Notes under the pieces: generated by a model
Seen by the model: only the letters and a program-made list of their open reading frames with translations
Database searches by the model: none
What the model was told of the DNA's origin: nothing
Part shown: positions 30,893 through 40,388 of the stretch, piece after piece
Layout: every line of letters starts with the position of its first letter
How positions within the stretch are numbered: the stretch's first letter is position 1
Source: Candidatus Pyrohabitans jungbluthii
GTDB taxonomy: Archaea; Hydrothermarchaeota; Hydrothermarchaeia; Hydrothermarchaeales; BMS3B
Assembly: GCA_002010065.2 (NCBI GenBank)
Contig: MTMD02000014.1
Coordinates: 1-64,000 of the forward strand
DNA: 64,000 nucleotides
Reading direction: 5' to 3'
Translations under genes and position numbers: made by a program

Positions 30893-31150
30893 GTGTTGAA
30901 AATGGAGAGAGTGTACACTGTGCGATTCCACAAAATAAAACGCACGCCGCGAACAAAGCGCACAGTTAAGGCGGTGCGCTACCTTCGCAAATTTATCGGA
31001 AAGCACATGAAGAGCGAGCGCGTGCTCATAGCAGAGGAACTCAATGAGAAGCTCTGGAAGCGGGGAATCCAGAAGCCCCCTGCGAAGCTCAGAGTTAAGG
31101 CAGAGAAGCAGGACGATGGTAGCGTGGTTGTAACCCTCGCGGAGTCGTAG
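30893..31150 (+). CDS. rpl31e: 50S ribosomal protein L31e
   Basis: ERVYTV, KHMK and LNEKLWKRGIQKPP motifs. Confidence 0.96.
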   Translation: MLKMERVYTVRFHKIKRTPRTKRTVKAVRYLRKFIGKHMKSERVLIAEELNEKLWKRGIQKPPAKLRVKAEKQDDGSVVVTLAES

Positions 31151-31152
31151 CA

Positions 31153-31818
31153 ATGCTCCTCCGCGTAGACTACAACAGCAATCCGAACATTGGAATACTG
31201 GCTGCAGCTAACGATAGCGTGGCGATTGTGCCGAGAGACGCCCCTGAGAGCTTCGCCGAAGCAGCGAGAAAGGCGCTGGAGGTAGAGGTTATTCGAACCA
31301 ACCTGTGCAGAACCTCACTGATTGGCGCGATGCTTGCGATAAACAACCACGGCGCTGTGGTGAGCGACCACGTGGAGCGGAGTGAGGTTGAAGCATTAAA
31401 AAGCGCAGGTTTAAGCGTGGCGGTTGTGAGCGAGAAGCACAACGCCCTGGGCAATTTAATACTCGCCAGCGATGAGGGTGCGCTTGTGTTCAAAGGGCTG
31501 AGGAAAAGCACTAAGCGGGCGGTTGAAGAGATCATGGAGTGCGAGGTTACAGAGGTTACTTCCCTTGGCAGGTTCCGCACCATCGGTAGCATTGGTGTTG
31601 CCACCAGTAAGGGAGTGCTGCTACACCCCTCGCTGGGTGAGGCGGAGCTTGAGCTCGTGGAGGAGGCGCTAGGTGTTAAAGCAGAGATAGGTACTGTGAA
31701 CATGGGTGTTGGCTTTGTTAAAACGGGTATTGTGGTGAATACAAAGGGCGCTCTGCTGGGAAGCGCCACCACAGGTCCTGAAATAATGCGGATTCAGGAG
31801 ACTTTTGACCTGCTGTGA
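31153..31818 (+). CDS. eif6: Translation initiation factor 6
   Basis: NPNIG, ALGNLI, GTVNMG and TTGPEI motifs. Confidence 0.95.
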   Translation: MLLRVDYNSNPNIGILAAANDSVAIVPRDAPESFAEAARKALEVEVIRTNLCRTSLIGAMLAINNHGAVVSDHVERSEVEALKSAGLSVAVVSEKHNALGNLILASDEGALVFKGLRKSTKRAVEEIMECEVTEVTSLGRFRTIGSIGVATSKGVLLHPSLGEAELELVEEALGVKAEIGTVNMGVGFVKTGIVVNTKGALLGSATTGPEIMRIQETFDLL

Positions 31819-31827
31819 GGTGATAGC

Positions 31828-32070
31828 ATGGAGGTTAAGACTTTCAGAATAAAGGGCAAGTTCCTAATGGGCAAGAGTATGCAGCCCTTCGTGTGGGAGT
31901 GCCGTGCCGTGGACGTGACCAAAGCGTATGAGAAGGTTTACTCCGAGTTTGGGAGCAAGCACCGCACAAAGCGCCGGAATATAATAATTGAGGAAGTTGA
32001 GGAGATTTCGCCTGAGCAGGCGGAGGATCCAATGATCAGGATTTTTGCTGGAGTAGAGGAGCATGGCTGA
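31828..32070 (+). CDS. rplX: 50S ribosomal protein LX (L18a/L20e)
   Basis: EKVYSEFGSKH-x-x-KR; synteny. Confidence 0.93.
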   Translation: MEVKTFRIKGKFLMGKSMQPFVWECRAVDVTKAYEKVYSEFGSKHRTKRRNIIIEEVEEISPEQAEDPMIRIFAGVEEHG

Positions 32071-32536
32071 GGAAAAGCGCATACCCGTTGAGAAGGTTCT
32101 CGCAGACTATGAGATGCTGCGCACTCAGGCAGAAGCGTTGGGGCAGAACCTGGAGCTTGTAAATCAGCACATCTCCGAGTTCAAGCGCACCTTGGAGAGT
32201 CTGTCTGAGATTGAGAAGCTGGGCGAGGGGAATGAGATTCTCGTGCCCGTTGGAGTGGGCTCCTTTGTTAAGGCGGAGATTAAGGATACGAGCAGTGTTA
32301 TTTTGAGCTTGGGCGCAGATGTGGCAGCGCGCAAGAGCATCAGCGATGCGAAGGCCGACCTTGAGGCGCGGGTGAAGGAGCTTGAGAAGGTGCGAGAGGA
32401 GCACAGCTCCCGTTTGGCGGAGGTTATGAAGAACCTCGAGGCTATTGCGCCGATGGTGGAGCAGATCATATCGGCGATGCAGCAGGCACAGCTCCAGAGG
32501 GGCGGAGCAGAGGATGTTCGCAAGCCTCAGGGCTAA
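32063..32536 (+). CDS. pfdA: Prefoldin subunit alpha
   Basis: EILVPVGVGSFV beta hairpin between coiled coils. Confidence 0.95.
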   Translation: MAEEKRIPVEKVLADYEMLRTQAEALGQNLELVNQHISEFKRTLESLSEIEKLGEGNEILVPVGVGSFVKAEIKDTSSVILSLGADVAARKSISDAKADLEARVKELEKVREEHSSRLAEVMKNLEAIAPMVEQIISAMQQAQLQRGGAEDVRKPQG

Positions 32537-33476
32537 GATAGGAGAGCTAACAAAGAAGCTTTCTGGGGGAGAGGAGGAAAAGCAGCAGCCCAAGCTGGGA
32601 GTAGCTGAGAAAACCCTTGCTCTGCTCCGCGGCGAAGTTGTGCTGGACGAGCGTAAGCTTGAGGAGCTTCTGAGCGAGTTTGAGATAGCTTTACTGGAGA
32701 GCGACATCGCCTTCGATGTGGCGGAGAAGATAATCTCTGACCTTAAGCAGAACCTTTACGGAAAGAAGTTCAAGCGCTCTGAGCTTGAGGCTGCAATAAA
32801 GGCCTCGCTTGAGCAGAGCCTGAGAGAAATTCTCGACCTGCCCAGCGTAAGCCTCGAGGAGATGATTCGCAGGAAGAAGGAGAAGCCCTTTGTTATACTC
32901 TTCGTAGGGATAAACGGCACTGGCAAGACGACAACGATAGCCAAGGTGGCAAAGCGCCTTATGGGCAGGGGTTTTACCTGCGTTTTCGCAGCCAGCGATA
33001 CCTATCGCGCTGGCGCGATAGAGCAGCTTGAGAGGCATGCGGAGAAGCTGGGGGTCAAGCTGATTAAGCATGCTCGTGGTGCTGATCCAGCAGCCGTAGC
33101 GTATGATGCGATTGAGCATGCGCGCGCAAAGGGCAAGGATGTGGTGCTCATAGACACTGCGGGCAGGATGGAAACAAATGTTAACCTGCTGGAAGAGATG
33201 AAGAAGATCGCACGAGTGGCAAAGCCTGACCTGGTCATCTTCGTTGGTGATGCGCTCACGGGCAACGCAGCCGTAGAACAGGCGGAGCGCTTCAACAGCG
33301 CCGTTAGCATAGACGGGATAATTTTAACCAAGGCGGATGCCGATGCAAAAGGCGGCGCGGCGATAAGCATCGCTCACACGATTCGCAAGCCGGTGCTCTT
33401 CCTGGGCACAGGGCAGAGCTACGACGACCTGGTTGAGTTCAGCGCAGACTGGCTTATAAGGGAGATTCTGGGGTAG
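32514..33476 (+). CDS. ftsY: Signal recognition particle receptor FtsY
   Basis: GINGTGKTTT, DTYRAGAIEQL, DTAGR and TKAD motifs; start MFASL. Confidence 0.97.
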   Translation: MFASLRAKIGELTKKLSGGEEEKQQPKLGVAEKTLALLRGEVVLDERKLEELLSEFEIALLESDIAFDVAEKIISDLKQNLYGKKFKRSELEAAIKASLEQSLREILDLPSVSLEEMIRRKKEKPFVILFVGINGTGKTTTIAKVAKRLMGRGFTCVFAASDTYRAGAIEQLERHAEKLGVKLIKHARGADPAAVAYDAIEHARAKGKDVVLIDTAGRMETNVNLLEEMKKIARVAKPDLVIFVGDALTGNAAVEQAERFNSAVSIDGIILTKADADAKGGAAISIAHTIRKPVLFLGTGQSYDDLVEFSADWLIREILG

Positions 33477-33541
33477 GGTTATTAAAAACCACTATTAACG
33501 CTGACTTTGGGGGAGGTGGATTTCCTCAAAGTGTGGAAGCC

Positions 33542-33820
33542 TCAGCGGGGCGACCTCGAAATTAAACCTGCGACAACAAGTGCGATGCTTGCAGCGCCCG
33601 CCAGGCAGGCGAAGAGAAGCAGAAGCACGGCTGCTATCATCGGCGTGGCAACCTCGCCAGGGTTCTGAAGCGCGACTATGCTCTGAGGCGAGGGGTGAAG
33701 GATGCTTCCGTAGAGGGGAAATACGTCCCTGTTGTTGCTGATAATCTCCAGCGCCTTTTTCAGAGCTGCAAACGAGAAGATAATGAGCACGCCGCCCACC
33801 AGGATAAAGCGGCTCCTCAT
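33542..33820 (-). CDS. Hypothetical 2-TM membrane protein
   Basis: Two hydrophobic segments; last gene of a tightly packed trio. Confidence 0.55.
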   Translation of the reverse strand: MRSRFILVGGVLIIFSFAALKKALEIISNNRDVFPLYGSILHPSPQSIVALQNPGEVATPMIAAVLLLLFACLAGAASIALVVAGLISRSPR

Positions 33821-33821
33821 C

Positions 33822-34181
33822 TCAGAATACCGGTGCCACATCGCTGTCCTCGAGCACTTCAATCATCTTGGCGATGTGCTCCGCGAAGCTGTACTCAGGC
33901 TCAAAGTCATAGCCAGAAATGAGCAGCTTTTCTATTGCTCTGGCGAACCTCTCCGACTCCTGCTCAAGCTGTTCGCGACTCTTGCTCGCGATTATCCTCT
34001 CCACCTCGCTAGCCGGAGTTGAGCTGTTATACCCGAAGATCTCAAGTTTGAGTTTCTCGATAATCTCCTTCACGCGAGGATTTGTAACTTTACGATACTG
34101 AAAGCTCCAGTGGTTCTTCAGCTTAACCAGGCGGCGGAAAGTGGTCTCGTCAAGCTCAATCACCCTGCGCATGGCAACCAC
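33822..34181 (-). CDS. Hypothetical protein
   Basis: ORF with host-like codon usage, overlapping the upstream gene by 1 bp. Confidence 0.6.
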   Translation of the reverse strand: MVAMRRVIELDETTFRRLVKLKNHWSFQYRKVTNPRVKEIIEKLKLEIFGYNSSTPASEVERIIASKSREQLEQESERFARAIEKLLISGYDFEPEYSFAEHIAKMIEVLEDSDVAPVF

Positions 34182-34600
34182 TACTCCTGCAGAAGCTCGA
34201 GAGAAGAATAGGGGATGCTAACTTCCACAGCTGCTCTAAAAATTACGGGTACAAGCTCAAATTCCTGCGCCTTTCGCAGAGCACGCCTGCGCAAGCCGAA
34301 GAGGGCAGCATCGTTGAGCACTAAGCTAACGGCGTAGATTACCTTATCTTTCTCTGCCAGCAGGTCAGGTGAGGCTTGGACTCCCCCCTCTTCCTGCAGG
34401 CTTGCTATATACTCGAGCAGCGCAGAGAAGCGCTCTTCTCCAAGCGCGGTGCGCATTTCCTCTGCCTCTTTTTGCGAACCAGGGAAGTTCCACACCTTGA
34501 AGCCTGCTCTGCCAAGCACATCGAATGCGACTTTCTTCCCAATCCCGTGAAGCTCAGCCTCGAGATTGAGGCTTTTCTCGTATTCCTCGATACCTACCAC
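34181..34600 (-). CDS. Hypothetical protein, possibly a degenerate PD-(D/E)xK fold
   Basis: SPDLLAEK-x-x-x-IYAV pattern, but no ExK. Confidence 0.55.
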   Translation of the reverse strand: MVGIEEYEKSLNLEAELHGIGKKVAFDVLGRAGFKVWNFPGSQKEAEEMRTALGEERFSALLEYIASLQEEGGVQASPDLLAEKDKVIYAVSLVLNDAALFGLRRRALRKAQEFELVPVIFRAAVEVSIPYSSLELLQE

Positions 34601-34684
34601 CCTAATTTAATTGTACTCACGAGTATTTCTACTTACCGTCGGATTTATATAAAACCTCAGCTATAAGTAATTTGAGGTGTCAGA

Positions 34685-34867
34685 ATGCCGATGCTTGGTG
34701 GTCAGGAACTTCTCATAATCCTCCTCATAATCCTGCTTCTCTTCGGTGGGAGCAAGCTGCCAGAGTTAGCGCGCTCTCTGGGTAAGGCGAAGAAGGAGTT
34801 CAAGAAGGGAATGGAAGAGGAGGAGAAGGAGGAGAGCAAAGAAGAGAAGGAGGAGAAAAAAGAGTAG
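34685..34867 (+). CDS. tatA: Twin-arginine translocase TatA
   Basis: ELLII...LLFG-x-x-KLPELARSLG. Confidence 0.93.
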   Translation: MPMLGGQELLIILLIILLLFGGSKLPELARSLGKAKKEFKKGMEEEEKEESKEEKEEKKE

Positions 34868-34876
34868 GCGAGGCGA

Positions 34877-35170
34877 ATGTTGGGCAACACCGAAATCCTG
34901 GTAATACTAATTTTTGCCCTTTTGCTCTTCGGTCCGCAGAAGCTGCCAGAGCTGGCGCGTTCCCTGGGCAAGGCGGTGGCGGAGTACAAACGCGCAGCCC
35001 GCGAGATTGAAGAGGAGGTTAACCGCGAACTTGCAGGCGTGGAGAAGGAAATTAAAGAGGCAAAGGATGACATCAACCAGCTTAGGGCGATTGCTAAGGA
35101 TATGAACATTGACCCCATGGATAAAAGCAAAGAGGAGTTGCTAAAAGAGATAAAAAAGCGCACCTCGTAG
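34877..35170 (+). CDS. Twin-arginine translocase TatA/TatB paralog
   Basis: LLFGPQKLPELARSLG. Confidence 0.88.
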   Translation: MLGNTEILVILIFALLLFGPQKLPELARSLGKAVAEYKRAAREIEEEVNRELAGVEKEIKEAKDDINQLRAIAKDMNIDPMDKSKEELLKEIKKRTS

Positions 35171-35911
35171 CTACCGCACTACCCGCCACGCATGGGTGTA
35201 GATGTTCATCCTCTTTCCACGCACAAAGCCTATGAGGGTTAAGCCGGTGCGCTCCGCCGCTAGGATGCCCGAGAATATTGGCGCTGTACGCGAGGCTATC
35301 AACGGCACGCCAACGCGTGCAGCCTTAATCACCATATCGCCGGGCATTCTTCCAGAGGTCAGGATGTAGCTGTGCTCGAAGTCTATACCGCGCTCTGCGG
35401 CTAAGCCTATTATCTTATCTATCGCCACGTGCCTGCTCACGTCCTCGACGAGGAGAAACGCATCGCCGCTCACCAGCGCTGCGCTGTGCACCCCGCCTGT
35501 GCGTCGCCACACTTCGCTCTGCTCCTGCATCCTGCGCATGTTCTCAAAAATCTCACCCGCGCTGAACTTTGCCTCTGAGGCGACCTTTATCCCCTCCTCC
35601 TTAATTCTGCTGCGCCAGCCGGTTAAGCACTCGCTGGAGATGTAGCGCTCATAAGCCTCGAGGAAGCTTTCATCCGCGAGTACGCGAATCTCGGCATAGT
35701 CAACCTCTATGCTTCTTATCGCTGAGACGCTCTTAACAAACCCCTCGCCCAGACAGTAGCCTAGGGCGAACTCATGCTCGTGCCCTGGCGATAGCTTTAC
35801 ACTGGCTATAACCTTGCCGTTAATCACCAGGCGAAGGTCACGCTCCAGCGCAACCTCATCCCATGCCTCTTCGCCGTCCTTCAGCGCCCTGACTTTGATT
35901 GATTTTTCCAT
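35171..35911 (-). CDS. fdhD: Formate dehydrogenase accessory sulfurtransferase FdhD
   Basis: TGGVHSAA, ED-x-x-RH-x-A-x-DK and SGR motifs. Confidence 0.92.
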   Translation of the reverse strand: MEKSIKVRALKDGEEAWDEVALERDLRLVINGKVIASVKLSPGHEHEFALGYCLGEGFVKSVSAIRSIEVDYAEIRVLADESFLEAYERYISSECLTGWRSRIKEEGIKVASEAKFSAGEIFENMRRMQEQSEVWRRTGGVHSAALVSGDAFLLVEDVSRHVAIDKIIGLAAERGIDFEHSYILTSGRMPGDMVIKAARVGVPLIASRTAPIFSGILAAERTGLTLIGFVRGKRMNIYTHAWRVVR

Positions 35912-35951
35912 GCTTTATAATTAAGAGCACCGCAGGATTTATTTTTACTGC

Positions 35952-36839
35952 TCAGATGAGAGGCACGACAAACGCTTTTATGGCGCCGTGAACAAAGAGG
36001 AACCTGAGTGTAAGCCCACCCAGCAGCACCAGAGCAAAGAACGCCGGTAAGGCTGCGGCTTTTCTGGTTATCAGCACATAGCCCAATCCCAGTATGGGGA
36101 TGATAATCCCAAGAAACATGAGCACTAGCCAGAACGCTATTGAGTAGGCGCCGGAGAGTATAGCCGATGCAGACTTCACAGCGATGTCGCCCTGCTCCCC
36201 TATTATGAAGAAGTACAGGGGTACCTCTATAGCCTCGATGAGCAGCAGCACGAGTAGGGCGGCGAGGAAGCCTCTGAGCTTACTGTATTCCTTAACAGAG
36301 GCGAGCAGCAGTGTGGCGGCTATGCCTGTGGTTAGAGCAGATGTAAGGAAGAGTAAAGGAAGTTCGCCGCTATTCCACAGGGGCACGAACCTAGCGCCCT
36401 TAAGGAGGAGCCCGGTGTAAAGCGCCGTGGCGATGCCAAGGGGCAGCGCTAGCAGCGCAAGCGTCCTTGAGTACCTCTTATCCGTAGCAAGGGAATAGGC
36501 AAAGGCGATGGCGACAAGAAGCGTGACCAACAGAATCCACGCCCCCCTCGCCATCCAGGAGGTGGTAATATTGGTGAAGGTCAGGGGCACAAGCATAGCG
36601 CGCAGCATCGCCTTTATTCCAGCGAGGTCGAGTAGGAGAAGCACAGAGCCGACGATGAGCAGCGGTGGAGCGAGATATGCACCTGCCCTGGCAATCTTAG
36701 TCTCTTTGCCCAATAGCAAGGTAACAGCCGCTGTGATAAGTGCTCCCGAGCCGACGCCGCCAAGGAAGATGTACAGCGCTATCTCCCAGCCCCAGCGCTG
36801 GTACCCGGGGAACACCATCACATAGTACGGGAACTCCAT
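35952..36839 (-). CDS. NrfD/PsrC-type membrane anchor subunit
   Basis: WGWEIALYIFLGG, SWMARG, YTG-x-LL, P-x-W and GGL-x-LR; about 8 TMs. Confidence 0.9.
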   Translation of the reverse strand: MEFPYYVMVFPGYQRWGWEIALYIFLGGVGSGALITAAVTLLLGKETKIARAGAYLAPPLLIVGSVLLLLDLAGIKAMLRAMLVPLTFTNITTSWMARGAWILLVTLLVAIAFAYSLATDKRYSRTLALLALPLGIATALYTGLLLKGARFVPLWNSGELPLLFLTSALTTGIAATLLLASVKEYSKLRGFLAALLVLLLIEAIEVPLYFFIIGEQGDIAVKSASAILSGAYSIAFWLVLMFLGIIIPILGLGYVLITRKAAALPAFFALVLLGGLTLRFLFVHGAIKAFVVPLI

Positions 36840-36854
36840 GCTTCACGCCTCAAG

Positions 36855-37412
36855 CTAGAAGGTCAGGAAGGTCTTCTCCACACCTCTGCTCATCCTGTAC
36901 CCAACTCTCTCTCGAAGCTTGGCAGAGATTTCGTCGGCATCGCCCGCTAACAGGTGCCCTGTGGCGCACACCATGGCACACCTTGGCTTGGGCTCGCGCT
37001 GAATCAGCCTGCCCTGCTCATCCTTCTGCTCATATGGCTCAACGCAGAAGGTGCACTTGTCCATCTTGCCCCTGTTTCCAAAGGTGCCCTTCTCGAACTG
37101 AGGTGCGCCGAAGGGGCACGCCATTAAGCAGTAGCCGCACCCTATGCAGGTGTCCTTGTTTACCAGCACTATGCCATCTTCCTTGCGCTTGTATATCGCC
37201 TTGGTGGGGCATACGTACATGCACGGGGGCTCATTACAGTGCAGACAGGGCATGGGCATGTTTGTCTCCGTGGGCTCGCCCTCGTCGAAGGTTATAACCC
37301 TGATCCTGTGCACGCCCTCGGGAGTGCGGTTGTGCGTCTTGCACACCGCCATGCAACCGCCGCATCTGAGGCAGCGGTTCACATACATATCAAGCAGGAA
37401 CTTCTTGGGCAT
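36855..37412 (-). CDS. Formate dehydrogenase beta subunit (four-cluster ferredoxin)
   Basis: Four Cys groups including CIGCGYCLMACP and MDKCTFC. Confidence 0.9.
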   Translation of the reverse strand: MPKKFLLDMYVNRCLRCGGCMAVCKTHNRTPEGVHRIRVITFDEGEPTETNMPMPCLHCNEPPCMYVCPTKAIYKRKEDGIVLVNKDTCIGCGYCLMACPFGAPQFEKGTFGNRGKMDKCTFCVEPYEQKDEQGRLIQREPKPRCAMVCATGHLLAGDADEISAKLRERVGYRMSRGVEKTFLTF

Positions 37413-37427
37413 CTTTCTACCTCCTCA

Positions 37428-40217
37428 CTATGCCTTCGCAAGCCTTTCAATCGCCTCAGGGATAACTCCCGCTTTGGTGACTTCGCACAGCCCTGACTTT
37501 GTGGTCTGCATCTGTGTCTCTGGTGCCCAGCCGGGTGGTGAGATCGTGTTGGCGCACTCACCTATGACGATAGGCTTTGTACCCTCCGGGAAGCGTTGCG
37601 TATACTCTACAGTCTCAAACATACCCGCCCAGTGGAAGGGCAGGAACACTACGCCGGGAGGTACGCGTCGCGTAACCTTCGCCTTGACCTGAATGCGCGA
37701 GCGGTAGTGCCCAAGCTCATAGCCGCGGTAGGTGTGCACCCACACCACGTCGCCATCCTTTATTCCGCGGTCGTTGGCATCCTTGGGGTTTATCTCCACG
37801 TACATATCAGGCTGAAGCTCAACCAGTATCGGGTTGGCGCGTGTCATCGCTCCGCCACCCTGGTGCTCCACCTGCCTGCCAGAGGTGAACACCAGTGGAT
37901 ACGCTTTGTGAATCTCCTTCTCGAAGATGTCCTGCTCCTGTATGCTCCTTCCCTTCGTCTCTATCCTGAAGTGGGTTTCCCCGTAAACCTTGTCCTCGAA
38001 GGTCGGGTACTTCCTGGCAAGCTCTGGGCGAGGTGTCCAAACTGGCTCGCGGTGCACCGGCACAGGGTCTGGGAGATTCCACGCCCAGAATCGCGCTCTG
38101 CCCCTGCCGTAGGGCACTTTGTTTGCGGCGATTAGCTTCTTGTAGTCGGTGGTGAGGTCGAGCTTCCATCCCGGGCCAGGGGTGCCGTCCGGGTTGAGCT
38201 CAGCATGACCGTTGATGCCAGAGAGAAGTGTCTTTCCGTCTGGCGCTTTTGTTCCCCACTTTGCGCGGAAGTCGTGCCCACCCTCTGCGACGGGTATCTC
38301 GTTGCGGTAGAGTATAGGCGTACCCGGGTGCTCGTCGTTCCAGCATGGCCAGGGCAGACCCCAGTACTCGCCGTCGCATGGACCGCCTTCAGCGCGCAGC
38401 GTCTCAATATTAAACACGTAGTCGTACTCCTGCTGCCTCTTCAGCCGCCAGGTGGACTGCCTCATGGCTATCACACGAGCACCAACGCGGATCTCCTTGT
38501 CGTAGATATCCTCAGGAAGCTTCTTGAAGTTCTTTGTAAACTCCTCCCCGAAGCCCAGCTTATGCGCAAGGGCGATGAGAATTTCCACATCTGGCTTTGA
38601 GTCGTAAAGCGGGTCAATCACCTTGTTGCGCCACTGCACCTGCCTGGAGGAGTTGGTTACAGTACCGGGGTACTCCCAGTTGGTGCAGGCTGGGAGAAGT
38701 ATTATGCCGTCGTCGCGCTCAGGAAGCGCGGCTGCGCTTTCAACGTAGGGGTCGACGATTACCAGCATCTCCAGCTTCTCCAGTGCCTTTTTCACCAAGT
38801 ACGTACCCGCCTGCGAGGGCGTGCTGTGCCCCCAGAATATGGCCATCTTTATTGGCGTGGGCTGTCCTATCTTATCGCCCGTCTCTTCAGCAAGCACAAG
38901 GTCGCGCCAGCGCGACATCGTCGCACCCTTGGCCTGCATTAACTCCTTGCTGGCAAACCTGCCCTGAAGCCACTCATAGTCCACTCCCCACACTTTTGCC
39001 CAGTGCTTCCACGCACCCTCGCTCAGGCCATAGTAGCTCGGAAGCGTGTTTGAGAGCACGCCCAAGTCGGTTGCGCCCTGCACATTGTCGTGTCCCCTGA
39101 AGGCGTTTACACCGCCTCCGCTCTTGGCGGCGTTACCTAGGAGAAGCTGAAGTATCGCGAAGGCGCGGATGTTGTGGGTTCCAACCTCGTGCTGCGTCGC
39201 CCCCATGGCATACTGGAGCGTTCCCGGCCTATTCTCGGCAAGGAGTTTTGCCGCCAGTTTTATCTTCTCAGCGGGTACGCCTGTGATTTCCTCAGCCACC
39301 TCGGGTGGGTATTGGAGTATAACCTCCTTCACATACTCGTAGCCGTGGGTGCGCAGCCGTATAAACTCCTCGTCAACCCAGCCGTTGGTTATCAGCTCAT
39401 AGCAGATGCCCCACACGAGGGGTATGTCAGTGCCCGGCCTGAACTGCAGATGCAGGTCGCTCTGCGCCGCGGTACGCGAGAAGCGCGGGTCGGCGCAGAT
39501 CAGCACTGCTCCGCGCTGCTTCGCCTTGTATATGTGGTAGAAGGACACGGGGTGCGCCTCCGCCGGGTTTGAAAAGAAGATTATACTCTTCGCGTGCCTC
39601 ATGTCATTGAAGTTGTTGGTCTGCGCCCCATAGCCCCAGGTGTTTCCCAGCCCCGCGACGGTCGTGGAGTGACAAATCCTCGCCTGGTGGTCTATGTTGT
39701 TTGAGCCCCAGAAGGCCATGAATTTGCGTTGCAAGTAGGCAGCTTCGTTGGAGACATGAGCCGAGCCCGCAAAGAAGATAGCGTCGGGGCCATACTTCTC
39801 CCGAATCTCCAGCATCTTGTTTGCTATCTCAGTAAGCGCCTCCTCCCAGGAAATCTTCCTCCATTTCCCGCCTTCCTTTTTCATCGGGTACTTCAAACGT
39901 CGATCGTTGTTTATGCTCGCGGGGATGCTCGCTCCCTTTGAGCACAGCCTTCCCCGGTTTATCGGGTGGTTCTCCCAGGGTTCAATATCCACAAGCTGAC
40001 CGTTCGCAACCTTCGCCAGAATTCCACAGCCCACAGAACAGTGGATGCAAATTGTTTTAATCAGTTCAACCTTCTCTCCACCCTCCTGCGCTGCCACAGG
40101 CTCAAAAAGCTCTACACCGCTGTATTTGAAGTATTTACCCAGCGTCGCCGCCCCTCCCGCCGCAGCAGCAAGTTTCAAAAAAGAACGTCTTTTCATTTTC
40201 ATAGCAGACAATGCCAT
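37428..40217 (-). CDS. fdhA: Tat-exported Mo/W-bisPGD formate dehydrogenase alpha subunit (Cys-type)
   Basis: KRRSFLK Tat motif, CIHCSVGC...CSKG, QARICHSTT and RGHDNVQG. Confidence 0.92.
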   Translation of the reverse strand: MALSAMKMKRRSFLKLAAAAGGAATLGKYFKYSGVELFEPVAAQEGGEKVELIKTICIHCSVGCGILAKVANGQLVDIEPWENHPINRGRLCSKGASIPASINNDRRLKYPMKKEGGKWRKISWEEALTEIANKMLEIREKYGPDAIFFAGSAHVSNEAAYLQRKFMAFWGSNNIDHQARICHSTTVAGLGNTWGYGAQTNNFNDMRHAKSIIFFSNPAEAHPVSFYHIYKAKQRGAVLICADPRFSRTAAQSDLHLQFRPGTDIPLVWGICYELITNGWVDEEFIRLRTHGYEYVKEVILQYPPEVAEEITGVPAEKIKLAAKLLAENRPGTLQYAMGATQHEVGTHNIRAFAILQLLLGNAAKSGGGVNAFRGHDNVQGATDLGVLSNTLPSYYGLSEGAWKHWAKVWGVDYEWLQGRFASKELMQAKGATMSRWRDLVLAEETGDKIGQPTPIKMAIFWGHSTPSQAGTYLVKKALEKLEMLVIVDPYVESAAALPERDDGIILLPACTNWEYPGTVTNSSRQVQWRNKVIDPLYDSKPDVEILIALAHKLGFGEEFTKNFKKLPEDIYDKEIRVGARVIAMRQSTWRLKRQQEYDYVFNIETLRAEGGPCDGEYWGLPWPCWNDEHPGTPILYRNEIPVAEGGHDFRAKWGTKAPDGKTLLSGINGHAELNPDGTPGPGWKLDLTTDYKKLIAANKVPYGRGRARFWAWNLPDPVPVHREPVWTPRPELARKYPTFEDKVYGETHFRIETKGRSIQEQDIFEKEIHKAYPLVFTSGRQVEHQGGGAMTRANPILVELQPDMYVEINPKDANDRGIKDGDVVWVHTYRGYELGHYRSRIQVKAKVTRRVPPGVVFLPFHWAGMFETVEYTQRFPEGTKPIVIGECANTISPPGWAPETQMQTTKSGLCEVTKAGVIPEAIERLAKA

Positions 40218-40388
40218 AGCCCATCCTCCTCTATTTCTCCCGTAGTATTAACTTGCCGTTATTTTCTATAAAAAATTTTCTGTTTTATTTAAAAATCTCC
40301 TCACCCATATATTAAAATTTTAGAAATAGTCCCAACCGATTTCAGGAAAACCAAAATTTTATTTAATGTGAAATTTAATTACCACTAA

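Noticed and set aside
37428-40217. Selenocysteine in formate dehydrogenase
   Set aside because: The active site is Cys (ARICH) and the ORF has no in-frame TGA.
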